Shown: positions 19,228 to 28,996 of the stretch, one piece after another | How the letters are laid out: every line of letters begins with the position of its first letter | How positions within the stretch are numbered: position 1 is the stretch's first letter | Assembly (NCBI GenBank): GCA_043814765.1 | Contig: JBDRJQ010000029.1 | Coordinates: 1-64,000 of the forward strand | DNA: 64,000 nt | Direction of reading: 5' to 3' | From: Nanobdellota archaeon | Lineage (GTDB): Archaea; Aenigmatarchaeota; Aenigmatarchaeia; QMZP01 | Translations under genes and position numbers: made by a program | Notes under the pieces: model-generated | Seen by the model: the letters and a program-made list of their open reading frames with translations, nothing else | The model's database searches: none | Told to the model about the DNA's origin: nothing

Positions 19228-20163
19228 ATGAAGTTTGTTAAAATAGCAATTGTTTTGTTTTTTGTGTTGTTTGTACCTGTAAATGTTCTGGCCCAGGATT
19301 ATTCAGAAACAAATGACTGTTGCCTATTGGTGATAAGCTGTGTCGAGGAAGGTTTAACTACAGTCTTAGATTATATCTGCCTGCCAGACACCACTATTTT
19401 TGGGGTGGATGAGGAATTCACCAGCGAATTTTCTTGCGAGTTTTTCAAAGGGGTGCTGGAGGAAAAAAAATCAATGGGCGAGAATTTCACCTTTGGCAAC
19501 TGCGTCATACTCAGCATAGAAACTGTTAAATGCAATGAGGATGCATGCAAGATGTATGATGGTTGCTGCTATACCAATTCCGGTCATTTCTCTTCCACAG
19601 AGGAGCAGTGCAAAAAAATCTATGAAGGATTCAACGCCGAGTATGGCGGGTATGATTGGGAATGGGTTGCAAAACCCTGCAATTATGATTGCGAATACAA
19701 GGCTTGGTGTGATGGGTCAAAAATGATGAGGCTGAGTAGAGAAACAGGTTGCGAACCCGAAGAAGTTGCTGATTGCAAATTTTATAGCACAGGCAAAAAC
19801 GGCGTTGTGCATGATAACCCGAGGTGTATAATAGATTATCTTGGCATTCCCACTTGTGTGTGCGATAATGCATGCTGGTGCGACACCGTTGATACTATTA
19901 ATTTTCTTAAAACAGACTGCGTAATAGAATCTGTATATTGTTATCCGGATAGATGCCAAGACTGTGAGTGTGTACCCGGTCCAAGCAGTAAAGAAAGCAT
20001 AATAGGAGATTCGAACGCACCGTTAGGTATTGGCTGGGCAGCAGGACCGTTTGGTGCAGGATATAATGTCATTGTTATCAGCCTTTTGATTGTTATTGTA
20101 GTTGCATTGCTGAGCGGTGGTATCCTCTACAAAAAAACCAAAAGGAAGGGAAAGAGTTTCTGA
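19228..20163 (+). CDS. Cys-rich secreted protein with C-terminal membrane anchor
   Basis: Signal peptide, many Cys, GPF-TM-basic tail; related to 59735 and 60475. Confidence 0.85.
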   Translation: MKFVKIAIVLFFVLFVPVNVLAQDYSETNDCCLLVISCVEEGLTTVLDYICLPDTTIFGVDEEFTSEFSCEFFKGVLEEKKSMGENFTFGNCVILSIETVKCNEDACKMYDGCCYTNSGHFSSTEEQCKKIYEGFNAEYGGYDWEWVAKPCNYDCEYKAWCDGSKMMRLSRETGCEPEEVADCKFYSTGKNGVVHDNPRCIIDYLGIPTCVCDNACWCDTVDTINFLKTDCVIESVYCYPDRCQDCECVPGPSSKESIIGDSNAPLGIGWAAGPFGAGYNVIVISLLIVIVVALLSGGILYKKTKRKGKSF

Positions 20164-20178
20164 ATATCTAAACGGTAA

Positions 20179-20550
20179 TTACTTTGTACATTTCTCACAG
20201 TCGTGTAATGTTGTATACATTGCTTTATGAGCTTCACAAAAAGCTCCATCTTGGCGAAGGGCACGACAGAAGTCGCAAAATTCTAGAGTAACATCATATT
20301 GATTATGATTGCCTGATGCTACTTTCTCTGCGATAGCGTGTATCAATGCCGCGATTCTTGGATTGTTATCATAATTATCTGTTAATCCTCTTACGCCTTT
20401 CATGTATTGGGATATAGCAGGCTGTGTTATGCCCATCATATCAGCTGATTTTTTCTGTGTAAAACCAAAATCGTCCATTAACCTCTTAGCTACCATTGCC
20501 CTGAAGTTGGGCAAGAATTCCTTTACGATAATTTCACAAGGAGGTTTCAT
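20179..20550 (-). CDS. HTH transcriptional regulator (COG2522-like)
   Basis: PPCE, GITQPAISQY...RG and C-terminal Cys/His cluster. Confidence 0.88.
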   Translation of the reverse strand: MKPPCEIIVKEFLPNFRAMVAKRLMDDFGFTQKKSADMMGITQPAISQYMKGVRGLTDNYDNNPRIAALIHAIAEKVASGNHNQYDVTLEFCDFCRALRQDGAFCEAHKAMYTTLHDCEKCTK

Positions 20551-20603
20551 GTTTTATAATGTGTAAGATAATTAATAAATAACACTGTTATTAGAGGTGT
20601 TTT

Positions 20604-20927
20604 ATGTCAGAAGGAGAATCTTTACTAATAAAGTCTAAGGACTATGAGATAAGTTTCATAAAACCATGCGCTACTACACGTAAAAAAATATTAGCAGAAG
20701 TAATGTTGAAACATGGTTTCAAACCAAGAGCTTTATGTGAGCTCATATCAAAATCGAAAATAGCTAAATACGCTAAATGCTCTGAGGATCTTGGTGTTGC
20801 AAGGATTGAATGGGAAGGCAAAACCATTATTGTGTTCGCTTCTGGAGAGGTCAGCATACGAAGGGCTGATGATAAAAAAGACGCCATAAAGACTGCTAAT
20901 TTTATAAAGGATATACTACTAGGTTAA
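20604..20927 (+). CDS. Hypothetical protein
   Basis: 107-aa ORF with SD GAGGTG; IVFASGEVSI hairpin-like segment. Confidence 0.7.
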   Translation: MSEGESLLIKSKDYEISFIKPCATTRKKILAEVMLKHGFKPRALCELISKSKIAKYAKCSEDLGVARIEWEGKTIIVFASGEVSIRRADDKKDAIKTANFIKDILLG

Positions 20928-20972
20928 AAGTACACACATTGATAAAGATACAACATAAGCGAGGAATTAGAA

Positions 20973-21680
20973 ATGAAAAATGGAGACTTCATAAAAATGG
21001 ATTTTGTAGGCAGGCTCGTAGCAACAGGCGAAATATTCGATTCTACATCAGAAGAGCAGGCTAAAAAGGATGGCGTTCACGATCCAAAACAAAAATACGG
21101 ACCTATTCTCATAATAATCGGAGCCAGTATGACGGTTCCTGGGGTCGAAAAACATCTCATGGAAATGAGGGTTGGAGAAGAGCGGGAGTTTGATGTAAAA
21201 CCTAGCGAAGCATTTGGTCAGCGAAGCCCAGAATTAATGAGGGTATTGCCAATAAACAAATTTATCAAGGAAAAGATTAATCCTGTTCCTGGAATGTTTG
21301 TTACAATAGACCATAGGCAGGCAAAAATACAGTCAGTGTCTGGTGGTAGGATTAGGGTTGATTTTAATCATCCATTAGCTAGCAGAGAACTGCACTATAA
21401 GATTAAGATTACAGAGCTTATAGAAAACCCACTGGAGAAAGCAAAAACTATAGCAGATTATTTCGCAATAAAATGTGAAGCAGAACTAAAAGAAGACGCA
21501 CTAACCATAAAAACAGAGAAAAAGGCACCTGCTATTGTAGAAAAATTGTTAGGTGACTGGATAAAAAAATACATAACCGATATCAAGAGTATTGCTTTTG
21601 TCTCTAAAGAGGGGTCCAAGACAAAACCTACTGAAAAAAAAGAAATTTCCACCGGAAAAAATCCTGATACAAAGCCTTAA
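20973..21680 (+). CDS. slyD: FKBP-type peptidyl-prolyl isomerase (long archaeal SlyD type)
   Basis: GEIFDST, EAFG, VDFNHPLA. Confidence 0.94.
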   Translation: MKNGDFIKMDFVGRLVATGEIFDSTSEEQAKKDGVHDPKQKYGPILIIIGASMTVPGVEKHLMEMRVGEEREFDVKPSEAFGQRSPELMRVLPINKFIKEKINPVPGMFVTIDHRQAKIQSVSGGRIRVDFNHPLASRELHYKIKITELIENPLEKAKTIADYFAIKCEAELKEDALTIKTEKKAPAIVEKLLGDWIKKYITDIKSIAFVSKEGSKTKPTEKKEISTGKNPDTKP

Positions 21681-21781
21681 AAAACTTACTTCTATTACAT
21701 AACTTAGAGCAGTTTACATGATATAACAAAACTTGCTCTTGTATGCTGTTATCAAATTATTTAGTGATAGGAGGAATTGTT

Positions 21782-22915
21782 ATGTATGGTGCAACAGGAG
21801 GGGGATATTCATCGCAAGACGTTGTAAGCAAAGTTCTTGAGAGAGATAATATTGAAGCTAGAAAAAATGTTGAAGCTGATGAGCAATTGAGAAAGATTCT
21901 TGAGTCTCGTAAAGCCGAGATTAAGGTTGTTGGTGTCGGAGGAGCCGGTGGTAACACAATATCCAGGCTAATGGAAGTTGGCATTGTTGGCGCTGAAACC
22001 GTTGCCATTAACACAGACGCACAGGACCTGTTATACACAGATGCTGACAGAAAAGTTTTAATCGGTAAAGAAATAACAGGCGGGCTTGGTGCTGGTGCTG
22101 ATCCAAAAATCGGACTAGAGGCTGCAAAAGAATCAAAGGATGAAATAAAGAAGGCTTTGGAAGGAGCTGACATGGTTTTTGTCAACTGCGGACTTGGCGG
22201 AGGAACTGGTACAGGATCCAGTCCTGTGGTCGCTGATATTGCAAAGAAGCTCGGAGCTTTAACAGTAGGTATTGTTACAATCCCCTTTACAATGGAAGGT
22301 CATCAAAGAAAGAAAAACGCTATGGAAGGTTTAGAAGCCCTTGAATCTGTTGTAGATACCCTCATAGTAATTCCAAACGACAAGTTGCTGGAAATCGTGC
22401 CTGATGTATCTGTTATAACAGCGTTTAAGGTTGCAGATGAGATACTTGTTAACGCTGTAAAAGGTATAGCAGAGTTAATTACAAAACCTGGACTAGTGAA
22501 CTTGGATTTTGCAGACATCAGAGCTGTCATGGGATCTGGCGGACTGGCAATGATTGGCATGGGAGAGTCTGACACAGAGAACAGGGCAATAGAGTCTGTT
22601 GAGAAGGCACTAAACAATCCGCTTCTTGATGTGGACATAGAGGATTCTGTAGGAGCATTAATTAATGTCTCTGGAGGATCTGATGTAACAATCAGAGAGT
22701 GCCAGGAAATAGTGGAGAGTGTTTCTTCAAAAATCAACCCAGACGCCAAGATAATCTGGGGAGCACAGATAATCAAAGAGCTTGGTGACACAATAAGATC
22801 AATGCTGATTGTCACTGGAGTTCGATCATCCCAGATATACGGTGCAGAAAAAACCTATACAGAAACAAGGCAGAAAGAGATTGAAAAAGTCTTAGGCGTT
22901 GACTTTGTGGGTTAA
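21782..22915 (+). CDS. ftsZ: Cell division protein FtsZ
   Basis: [21 protein letters not shown]. Confidence 0.98.
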   Translation: MYGATGGGYSSQDVVSKVLERDNIEARKNVEADEQLRKILESRKAEIKVVGVGGAGGNTISRLMEVGIVGAETVAINTDAQDLLYTDADRKVLIGKEITGGLGAGADPKIGLEAAKESKDEIKKALEGADMVFVNCGLGGGTGTGSSPVVADIAKKLGALTVGIVTIPFTMEGHQRKKNAMEGLEALESVVDTLIVIPNDKLLEIVPDVSVITAFKVADEILVNAVKGIAELITKPGLVNLDFADIRAVMGSGGLAMIGMGESDTENRAIESVEKALNNPLLDVDIEDSVGALINVSGGSDVTIRECQEIVESVSSKINPDAKIIWGAQIIKELGDTIRSMLIVTGVRSSQIYGAEKTYTETRQKEIEKVLGVDFVG

Positions 22916-22954
22916 ACACCCACAAACATTTTATTTTCTTTTGGTTTTGTCAAC

Positions 22955-24070
22955 TTAATGAGACTTAACTCCATCATAATCTATTGTAGCATCGACCAGA
23001 TAGAAGCCCGCTTCCTTCCAGGTATTTTTGACTTTTTCTGCGGATTCATTGTTGAAGCAAACAGCTATGCCACAATCTCCGCCACCTGCGCCTGATAGCT
23101 TTCCAGCAGCACCAGCCTCATTTGCTAGTTCGCTCAACTGTTTCAGTTCAGGCGTTTCTATGTTGACACCTGAAGCTTGGCCAAGTTCTCTAAGATAATC
23201 TTCATTCTTTCTAAGAAGTTGTAGTATTGCTTCTTTATTTTTGTCTTTCCATTGAGGTATAAGCTCTCGAACAAGGTCTGCTATTTGTCCATAAATTCTG
23301 TTATAATCCTCTTTATGATCCGCAGCCCAGACATTCAACTGCTTCACCATTGCAGATGTGGAAGCTGATTCTTTTGTCCAGCCTATAACAAGCTTGAAGC
23401 CTTCTGGTATTTCCAGAGGCTCTGCTTTGAACCCTTTCCATTCGGCCCCAATAGCCTCGTTTATTGTTTTGCCGGATTCCATGAACTCAATAAGCCATTT
23501 TGGATCAAATCTTTGATAATGAAAGACTCCACCATATGTGGATGCTGCGACATCAAAAGCAGAACCAACTTTGCCCTGAGTAAAATAATGGGCGAGTGCA
23601 GCAAGCTTGTATATTTTATCCTTGGCTTCTTTGCTTTCAATATCATGACTATGAAGTTTTAGCAATGCAGATGTTATTGCTACAACAGATGCTGCAGAGG
23701 AACCAAAACCTATTTTCTTTGTCTCTCCATTTTCTAAAGTAATTTGTGACAATTCGCCCCAGGATCTCATTTTGAATGTTTTCCATTCACCGATGTATTT
23801 CAAAACAGTTTCTATTGTTCTTTTTGTAAACATCAATCCTTGCACCTCTTCTTTTGTGGGTTCTTGTCTCCATTTAAGTTCAGTTCCATCAAAATCAGCC
23901 TTGAAATCTTTGATTCCAAAATCATCTATTGTTATAGTTATTTCATCAGCTGGCTCAATTTCCACATGAACCCTTTTATTAACAGCTAGGACAAGTCCTG
24001 GATTGCCCACTTCAAGTATTGCCCATTCTCCGCTCAAAAACTGTTTTCCTGGTGCACTAACATGAATCAT
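22955..24070 (-). CDS. mvaK2: Phosphomevalonate kinase (Gram-positive/ERG8 type)
   Basis: APGKQFLSGEWAILEVG, KIGFGSSAA, KLSGAGGGDCG. Confidence 0.9.
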   Translation of the reverse strand: MIHVSAPGKQFLSGEWAILEVGNPGLVLAVNKRVHVEIEPADEITITIDDFGIKDFKADFDGTELKWRQEPTKEEVQGLMFTKRTIETVLKYIGEWKTFKMRSWGELSQITLENGETKKIGFGSSAASVVAITSALLKLHSHDIESKEAKDKIYKLAALAHYFTQGKVGSAFDVAASTYGGVFHYQRFDPKWLIEFMESGKTINEAIGAEWKGFKAEPLEIPEGFKLVIGWTKESASTSAMVKQLNVWAADHKEDYNRIYGQIADLVRELIPQWKDKNKEAILQLLRKNEDYLRELGQASGVNIETPELKQLSELANEAGAAGKLSGAGGGDCGIAVCFNNESAEKVKNTWKEAGFYLVDATIDYDGVKSH

Positions 24071-24079
24071 TTATTCACC

Positions 24080-25015
24080 TCAAATACCCATCCTCGTCTT
24101 TAATGTTTCAAAACCTTCTCTCTCTATGGCTTCTGCAACTCTGTCCTGTAGCTCTGTTCCTGGTGTAAGGATTACAAGGCTTCCTCCACGGCATGTTCCT
24201 GTGAGCTTTGCTCCTAATGCGCCTTTTTCTTTTGCTACTTTTATTATCTGTTCAGCTTCTGGACAAGATAATGTCATTTCCCTCAGAAGCTCCTGATTTT
24301 TATTCATAAGCATTCCAAACTGATTCAAGTCAAAGTTTTCCAGCGCATGTTTAGCTTCTTGGAACACATTTTCATAGTCAGAAAATATCCTTCCAAACTT
24401 TTCAGGATATTGTTCCCTTTTGCTACGAATGTTTGCAACAACTTCTTTTGTGTCCTGGGTTATGCCTGTGTTTGCCAACACAATCTCGAAAGGTTCTCTT
24501 GCCTTCATTTTTTCAATTGCATTCGGACCGCCTTCTAGGTTCTTCTTAAATATAAGAAGACCACCATATGTTGCTGCGGTGTTGTCTATTCCAGAAGGAG
24601 TTCCTGCTGAACCCTTCTCGCCTTCGTAGGATATCTCATTTATCTTGTCGTCGTCTAGGTTTAGGTTGAAATGTTCAGAAAGTGCTCTTCCAACAGCAGT
24701 TGCCATTGCAGCGCTTGCTCCTCTGCCACCGACGCATTTCAGGTTGCCCTCAAGGGTTATTTTCAGCGGAGTCTTTTCAACATCAATATTCATGAATTTC
24801 AGAATAAGCTCCATAGCCCTGTCCTGCTCTCCTTTTTTCTTTTCTTTGTAACCTTCTGTTGCAGGCCTGTTATCAATCATCGTTAAACCACTTCCAGGTT
24901 CGCCTGGTTCTACCCTTGCAGTGGTATAAGAGTCCAGAGCAGCAACTATTCCCGGAAGCCCATAGACCACAAAATGCTCTCCAAACATGATAACTTTAGC
25001 ATAACCCATGTTCAC
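24080..25015 (-). CDS. mvk: Mevalonate kinase
   Basis: KVIMFGEHFVVYG, GTPSGIDN, GAKLTG. Confidence 0.92.
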   Translation of the reverse strand: MNMGYAKVIMFGEHFVVYGLPGIVAALDSYTTARVEPGEPGSGLTMIDNRPATEGYKEKKKGEQDRAMELILKFMNIDVEKTPLKITLEGNLKCVGGRGASAAMATAVGRALSEHFNLNLDDDKINEISYEGEKGSAGTPSGIDNTAATYGGLLIFKKNLEGGPNAIEKMKAREPFEIVLANTGITQDTKEVVANIRSKREQYPEKFGRIFSDYENVFQEAKHALENFDLNQFGMLMNKNQELLREMTLSCPEAEQIIKVAKEKGALGAKLTGTCRGGSLVILTPGTELQDRVAEAIEREGFETLKTRMGI

Positions 25016-25075
25016 ACAATCACCCCTAAATTGTTCTAATTACCTTGAAAGTTAGAAAAAAGATTTAAAAAGTTA

Positions 25076-25246
25076 TCATAAACCAACTGTTTTGGCGTAT
25101 TCTCCAATTGTTTTTGTCATGCCTTCTGTATTTCGGATAACGATAACTCTTCCGTCTTCATCAGCTTTTTCGAAATCATGAGTAACAGATGTTACATCTC
25201 TTTTCTCTTCTTTAGCGATTTTTTCTATTTCCTTAATCGGCAGCAT
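25076..25246 (-). CDS. Hypothetical protein (56 aa, absent from ORF track)
   Basis: Manual translation MLPIKEIEKIAKEEKRD...KTVGL; AAGGAG upstream; overlaps the Nudix stop. Confidence 0.55.
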   Translation of the reverse strand: MLPIKEIEKIAKEEKRDVTSVTHDFEKADEDGRVIVIRNTEGMTKTIGEYAKTVGL

Positions 25247-25667
25247 TTTCCATCTCCTTTAATTTATTTACAGCTGTTTTAGAATATATGGTCAGCTCTA
25301 CTCTCTTCGTCTCTTCAAGGGTAAACCACCCAGAATCTGAGGATTCATTATTAATTTTAACTTCCTTTGGGTCTCCCTTTATCTTTGCCATGAAACAGTG
25401 CGCACGATGAATGTGTTCAGGAAGATTGTCATGCGGTCCAGCTTGATGCTCAAAAACAAAAAACGGGTCATATTCATCCAGTTCTATTTCCACACCAACC
25501 TCTTCGCTGGCTTCTCTTTTGATACATTCTTGTATTGTTTCACCTGGGTCCAGATGTCCGCCAGGAAAACACCATTTTCCTTTTTCAGGCTCTATTGCTC
25601 TTCTGACTAGGAGAAACTTTCCATTGTTTTCTATAACAACCAAAGCGGTTTTATGATATTCATCCAT
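25233..25667 (-). CDS. Nudix hydrolase
   Basis: Nudix box GGHLDPGETIQECIKREASEEVG. Confidence 0.93.
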   Translation of the reverse strand: MDEYHKTALVVIENNGKFLLVRRAIEPEKGKWCFPGGHLDPGETIQECIKREASEEVGVEIELDEYDPFFVFEHQAGPHDNLPEHIHRAHCFMAKIKGDPKEVKINNESSDSGWFTLEETKRVELTIYSKTAVNKLKEMENAAD

Positions 25668-25690
25668 AAAAATAAGATAAGAAAAGCATC

Positions 25691-26683
25691 TTAAAATAGA
25701 TGCTCATTTATAATCTTTGCAGCGTCGCCTGGCTTGCAAATTATTGCTTCTTTGACGCCTGGAAGCTGTTCAAGGCGGGTTTTTAATTCATCCGCATCCT
25801 TGGCCATGCACATGACCTTTACATTGGGTCCTGCATCCATTGTGAAGTAGGATTCCAGGTCCTCTTCTCTCCAATCCTGAATCGCATGTAGAATTGACAT
25901 TGTGGCAGGATTCCAGTATATGATAGGAGGTTTTGTTGTTATCATTGTTGCATGCATCTTCAGTGAGTTATGTTCGGCTGTCTGACCAACTGTGGTGAAA
26001 TCTTTGCTCTTGATTGCTTTTCTCATTACATTTATGTCATCTCCGACAGTAGCAAGCCACTTGTCATAATACGGACATGTGGCGATTGTCTGTGCCATGC
26101 CTGCCCTGCTCTTGACTTTCTTTTCTTCTGTGCTAACAATTGTTGTAATCATTCTGAAGTCCCAGTAGTCTTTAGGGGCTATCTGTTCACCAAAGCTGTC
26201 TGTTCCATCTTCCTTTTCGCCGCGGTGCCATTCTACAAAACCGCCTTCTATTGAACGTGTCGCGGAGCCGGAGCCTCTTCTCGAAAGAATTGAAAGTTCC
26301 TTGTTGTCAAGATTCAAGCCAACGGCCTTTGAAGCAGCAAGGCTCAGTGCAGCAAAACCAGAAGCTGAAGAAGCCAGGCCAGCTGCTGTTGGAAAGTTGT
26401 TCTTGGAAACGACCTTTGCTTTTTCATTAATTCCGGCCATCTCTCTAACAATACCCAAATGATCAGAAACCTTTTTTATTTCGCTTTCATCAGTAACTTC
26501 TTGATCATTGATTACAACAATATCTTTTTCATAATTTAGACTGAATTCAACAGTGGTTGTTGTATTTAATCCCTCCAAAGTCATCGAAATGCTACCATTT
26601 TGTGGGAGCATTAGTTTACTATCACGCTTTCCCCAGTATTTGGTTAAAGCGATGTTAGCATTTGCAACTGCAGTCGCCTTCAT
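25691..26683 (-). CDS. mvaD: Diphosphomevalonate decarboxylase
   Basis: NIALTKYWGK, AGLASSASG, RRGSGSA, TMDAGPN. Confidence 0.93.
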   Translation of the reverse strand: MKATAVANANIALTKYWGKRDSKLMLPQNGSISMTLEGLNTTTTVEFSLNYEKDIVVINDQEVTDESEIKKVSDHLGIVREMAGINEKAKVVSKNNFPTAAGLASSASGFAALSLAASKAVGLNLDNKELSILSRRGSGSATRSIEGGFVEWHRGEKEDGTDSFGEQIAPKDYWDFRMITTIVSTEEKKVKSRAGMAQTIATCPYYDKWLATVGDDINVMRKAIKSKDFTTVGQTAEHNSLKMHATMITTKPPIIYWNPATMSILHAIQDWREEDLESYFTMDAGPNVKVMCMAKDADELKTRLEQLPGVKEAIICKPGDAAKIINEHLF

Positions 26684-26737
26684 GAAATCACCTCTAAGTT
26701 GAATAATATAGATTTACAAGAAAGGTTTATAAATGAG

Positions 26738-26871
26738 TGGGAGCACAGGGAGTCGAACCCTGATCTACCGGTATCTCTCTGCCGAAGCACATACCAGATT
26801 CCAATCATCCTTGGAAAGTCATCGCTCCAGTCAAACTGGAGCCGATAATGATGCCATTACACCATGCTCCC
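26738..26871 (-). tRNA. tRNA-Trp(CCA) with 63-nt intron at 37/38 (26773-26835)
   Basis: GGGAGCA/TGCTCCC acceptor stem, anticodon CCA (26837-26839), GGTTCGACTCC T-arm. Confidence 0.94.
26773..26835 (-). ncRNA. Intron-encoded C/D-box guide RNA in tRNA-Trp
   Basis: Guide CTGGAGCG followed by D'-like ATGA places C34 at the -5 position; C'-like GGATGA and a second segment CTGGTAT complementary to the 3' splice region. Confidence 0.7.
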
Positions 26872-26915
26872 TCTGATGTATATTCTTATAACTTAATTAT
26901 ATAAAATAAAAACAT

Positions 26916-27071
26916 GCCTCGTTAGCTCAGTCGGTAATGTGGTTTTTCCAAAAACCGTGTCGGTAGAGAGCGCAGCGTTGGTAAGAAACCTTTTTCATAA
27001 AAGGTTTCATCCAAAAGGAGTTAACACGTCCAAAAACGCTGAGGTCCCGGGTTCAATTCCCGGACGAGGCT
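26916..27071 (+). tRNA. tRNA-Thr(GGU) with two introns: D-loop (26937 to ~26965/26967) and 37/38 (26984-27035)
   Basis: GCCTCGT/ACGAGGC acceptor stem, CAGCG-TT-GGT-A|A-CGCTG anticodon arm with TTGG/CCAA BHB helix, GTTCAATTCC T-arm. Confidence 0.92.
26986..27016 (+). repeat. Dispersed palindromic repeat copy inside the tRNA-Thr intron
   Basis: AAACCTTTTTCATAAAAGGTTTCATCCAAAA. Confidence 0.75.
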
Positions 27072-27103
27072 TATTATTATTACAGTATGAGTAATAATTA
27101 TAC

Positions 27104-27532
27104 ATGAAGGGACAGGCTGCTTTTGAATATATTATGATATTCATAATAGTGTTAGCTTTTGTTGTTCCTGTTTGGTTCTATCTTATAACTGTCCAAACTG
27201 ATACCACAACAGAACTGCATCTTACATACGCTAAGATAGCAGTAGAGAATATAGCAGAGAAAGCGGATCTAGTTTATTCACAAGGCGCCCCCGCAAAGGT
27301 TACTATAAAGGTGTATATGCCCAAGAATATAATAAACGCAAGCATTGTCAGTAAAACAGTCTTATTGAACATGAAGGTAAATTCACATGATACTTTTGTA
27401 ACGGCAACTTCCACAGCCACATTAGACGGCTATCTTCCTCAAACAGAGGGAGTGTATATATTTGAAATAGAGGCCATAGATGGTGTCGTTAATATATGTC
27501 CTAAAGGGGATGAGTTTGCAGGATTTTGTTAA
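27104..27532 (+). CDS. Class III signal peptide (pilin-like) protein
   Basis: MKG|QAAFEY followed by a hydrophobic helix. Confidence 0.85.
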   Translation: MKGQAAFEYIMIFIIVLAFVVPVWFYLITVQTDTTTELHLTYAKIAVENIAEKADLVYSQGAPAKVTIKVYMPKNIINASIVSKTVLLNMKVNSHDTFVTATSTATLDGYLPQTEGVYIFEIEAIDGVVNICPKGDEFAGFC

Positions 27533-27944
27533 AAAAAATAAAGCACAGAGCTCGATAGAGTTTTTGTTGATTTTTGCCTTTTTGATAGCAATATTGCTTT
27601 CAGTAAGTTTTATAGTTTTTCACAAGTCGAATAGTGTTTTGGATGCTCAAAATGATTTTGAAGCTGACGGACTTCTAAAGGAAGTAGCAAATAAAATAAA
27701 CACCGTCTTCATAGAAGAGTCTGGATTTTCAATGAATATAACAATACCAGAAACTATATCGGGAGAAGACTACAATTTTTCTATTGTGGGAGGTGCCAAC
27801 CTCTTAAGACTCTCAATTTTTGAAAAGACTTATGATATGTTATTGGTAACAGAGGACGTGGTTGATATCAATAAACTGAATAATAAGAATGGAAAATACC
27901 TATTAAAAAATATTGATAGTATAGTTTACATAATAGATATATAG
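27510..27944 (+). CDS. Class III signal peptide (pilin-like) protein
   Basis: KKNKA|QSSIEF followed by a hydrophobic helix. Confidence 0.85.
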   Translation: MSLQDFVKKNKAQSSIEFLLIFAFLIAILLSVSFIVFHKSNSVLDAQNDFEADGLLKEVANKINTVFIEESGFSMNITIPETISGEDYNFSIVGGANLLRLSIFEKTYDMLLVTEDVVDINKLNNKNGKYLLKNIDSIVYIIDI

Positions 27945-27953
27945 AGTGATTTT

Positions 27954-28448
27954 ATGAAAGCTCAAGTTTGGTCAACTGATTTCATTGTTTCAGCAGTTAT
28001 ATTCTTATCAGCATTCCTTCTCCTCATGTTTTCTTGGAGTTATGTAACAATCATAACACAGGAACAGGCTGCTACAAATGATATAGAAAGCGCAGTACTA
28101 GAGGTCACTGATATACTGGTTAGAAGTCCTGGATTGCCTAAAAACTGGACAGTTATAAACGTTAAGAGTATAGGGTTAGCTGTAAAGGAAAATGAACTGG
28201 ATGATGTTAAGATTGAAAATTTCTTAGCACTTGATTATGGTAAGTCTAAAGATCTTTTAGGCATCAGGAACTATGATTATTATTTAGAAGCGTACAATCT
28301 AGACAATTCCACAGTAAAGACTCAGAGCGGAACTGATATTATAAAGGGCCAGTATCCAGCAGATCCTGCTATAGTAATACCGCTTGAACGGTACGCTCTC
28401 TATAATGAAAATATAGTAAAATTAAAATTTGTTTTCTGGGCAGGATAG
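27954..28448 (+). CDS. Class III signal peptide (pilin-like) protein
   Basis: MKA|QVWSTDF, hydrophobic helix, SPGLPKNW...IGLA. Confidence 0.85.
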   Translation: MKAQVWSTDFIVSAVIFLSAFLLLMFSWSYVTIITQEQAATNDIESAVLEVTDILVRSPGLPKNWTVINVKSIGLAVKENELDDVKIENFLALDYGKSKDLLGIRNYDYYLEAYNLDNSTVKTQSGTDIIKGQYPADPAIVIPLERYALYNENIVKLKFVFWAG

Positions 28449-28709
28449 CTACAGTTCCAGTTCAAAAAACTTATACTTTATTTTGATTTTAAATCCTAAT
28501 TTCTTTGCAGAACTCAAAATAGGCTTATCTGCCTTATTTTTCTTAAACATTTCTTGTATTCCAAATTCAAGAGCTAGAATTGGGTTTTTAACCTCAATTT
28601 TTATTTCTTTGTTCTTAAAATGAACTATAAAAGCAGGTTTGTTTTCTATATAAAAAACTATATTTGCCTTTCCTGAAACATTTTCTAAAAGTTGTGATAA
28701 AGTTCCCAT
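28449..28709 (-). CDS. Hypothetical protein
   Basis: 86-aa ORF co-oriented with the neighbouring gene. Confidence 0.65.
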   Translation of the reverse strand: MGTLSQLLENVSGKANIVFYIENKPAFIVHFKNKEIKIEVKNPILALEFGIQEMFKKNKADKPILSSAKKLGFKIKIKYKFFELEL

Positions 28710-28733
28710 ATCTACACACTGTAGTTCTAAAGC

Positions 28734-28934
28734 CTACTTTTTCTTTTTGGTTTTAGTTGGTGCAATAGTTAGGTTGATAGTGCCACTCAATTTTACTTGC
28801 ATGTTTTTACCTAAAATGAATTTTATTCCATCCAAATTCAAATCTGCACTGGCTTGCTTTCCTTCAAGAACATTGATTATTTTAACAATTATTTCTTCTT
28901 TATGCTCTAAAATTTCATCAACAATACCTGCCAT
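28734..28934 (-). CDS. Hypothetical protein
   Basis: 66-aa ORF with SD GAGGTGA. Confidence 0.7.
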   Translation of the reverse strand: MAGIVDEILEHKEEIIVKIINVLEGKQASADLNLDGIKFILGKNMQVKLSGTINLTIAPTKTKKKK

Positions 28935-28996
28935 TTATTCACCTCTTTATATGTTTGGTTAAATATTATTATTTTAGATAATATAAAGATAAAGAT

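Noticed and set aside
22955..26738. Integrated element at tRNA-Trp
   Set aside because: No integrase and no duplicated tRNA 3' end seen.
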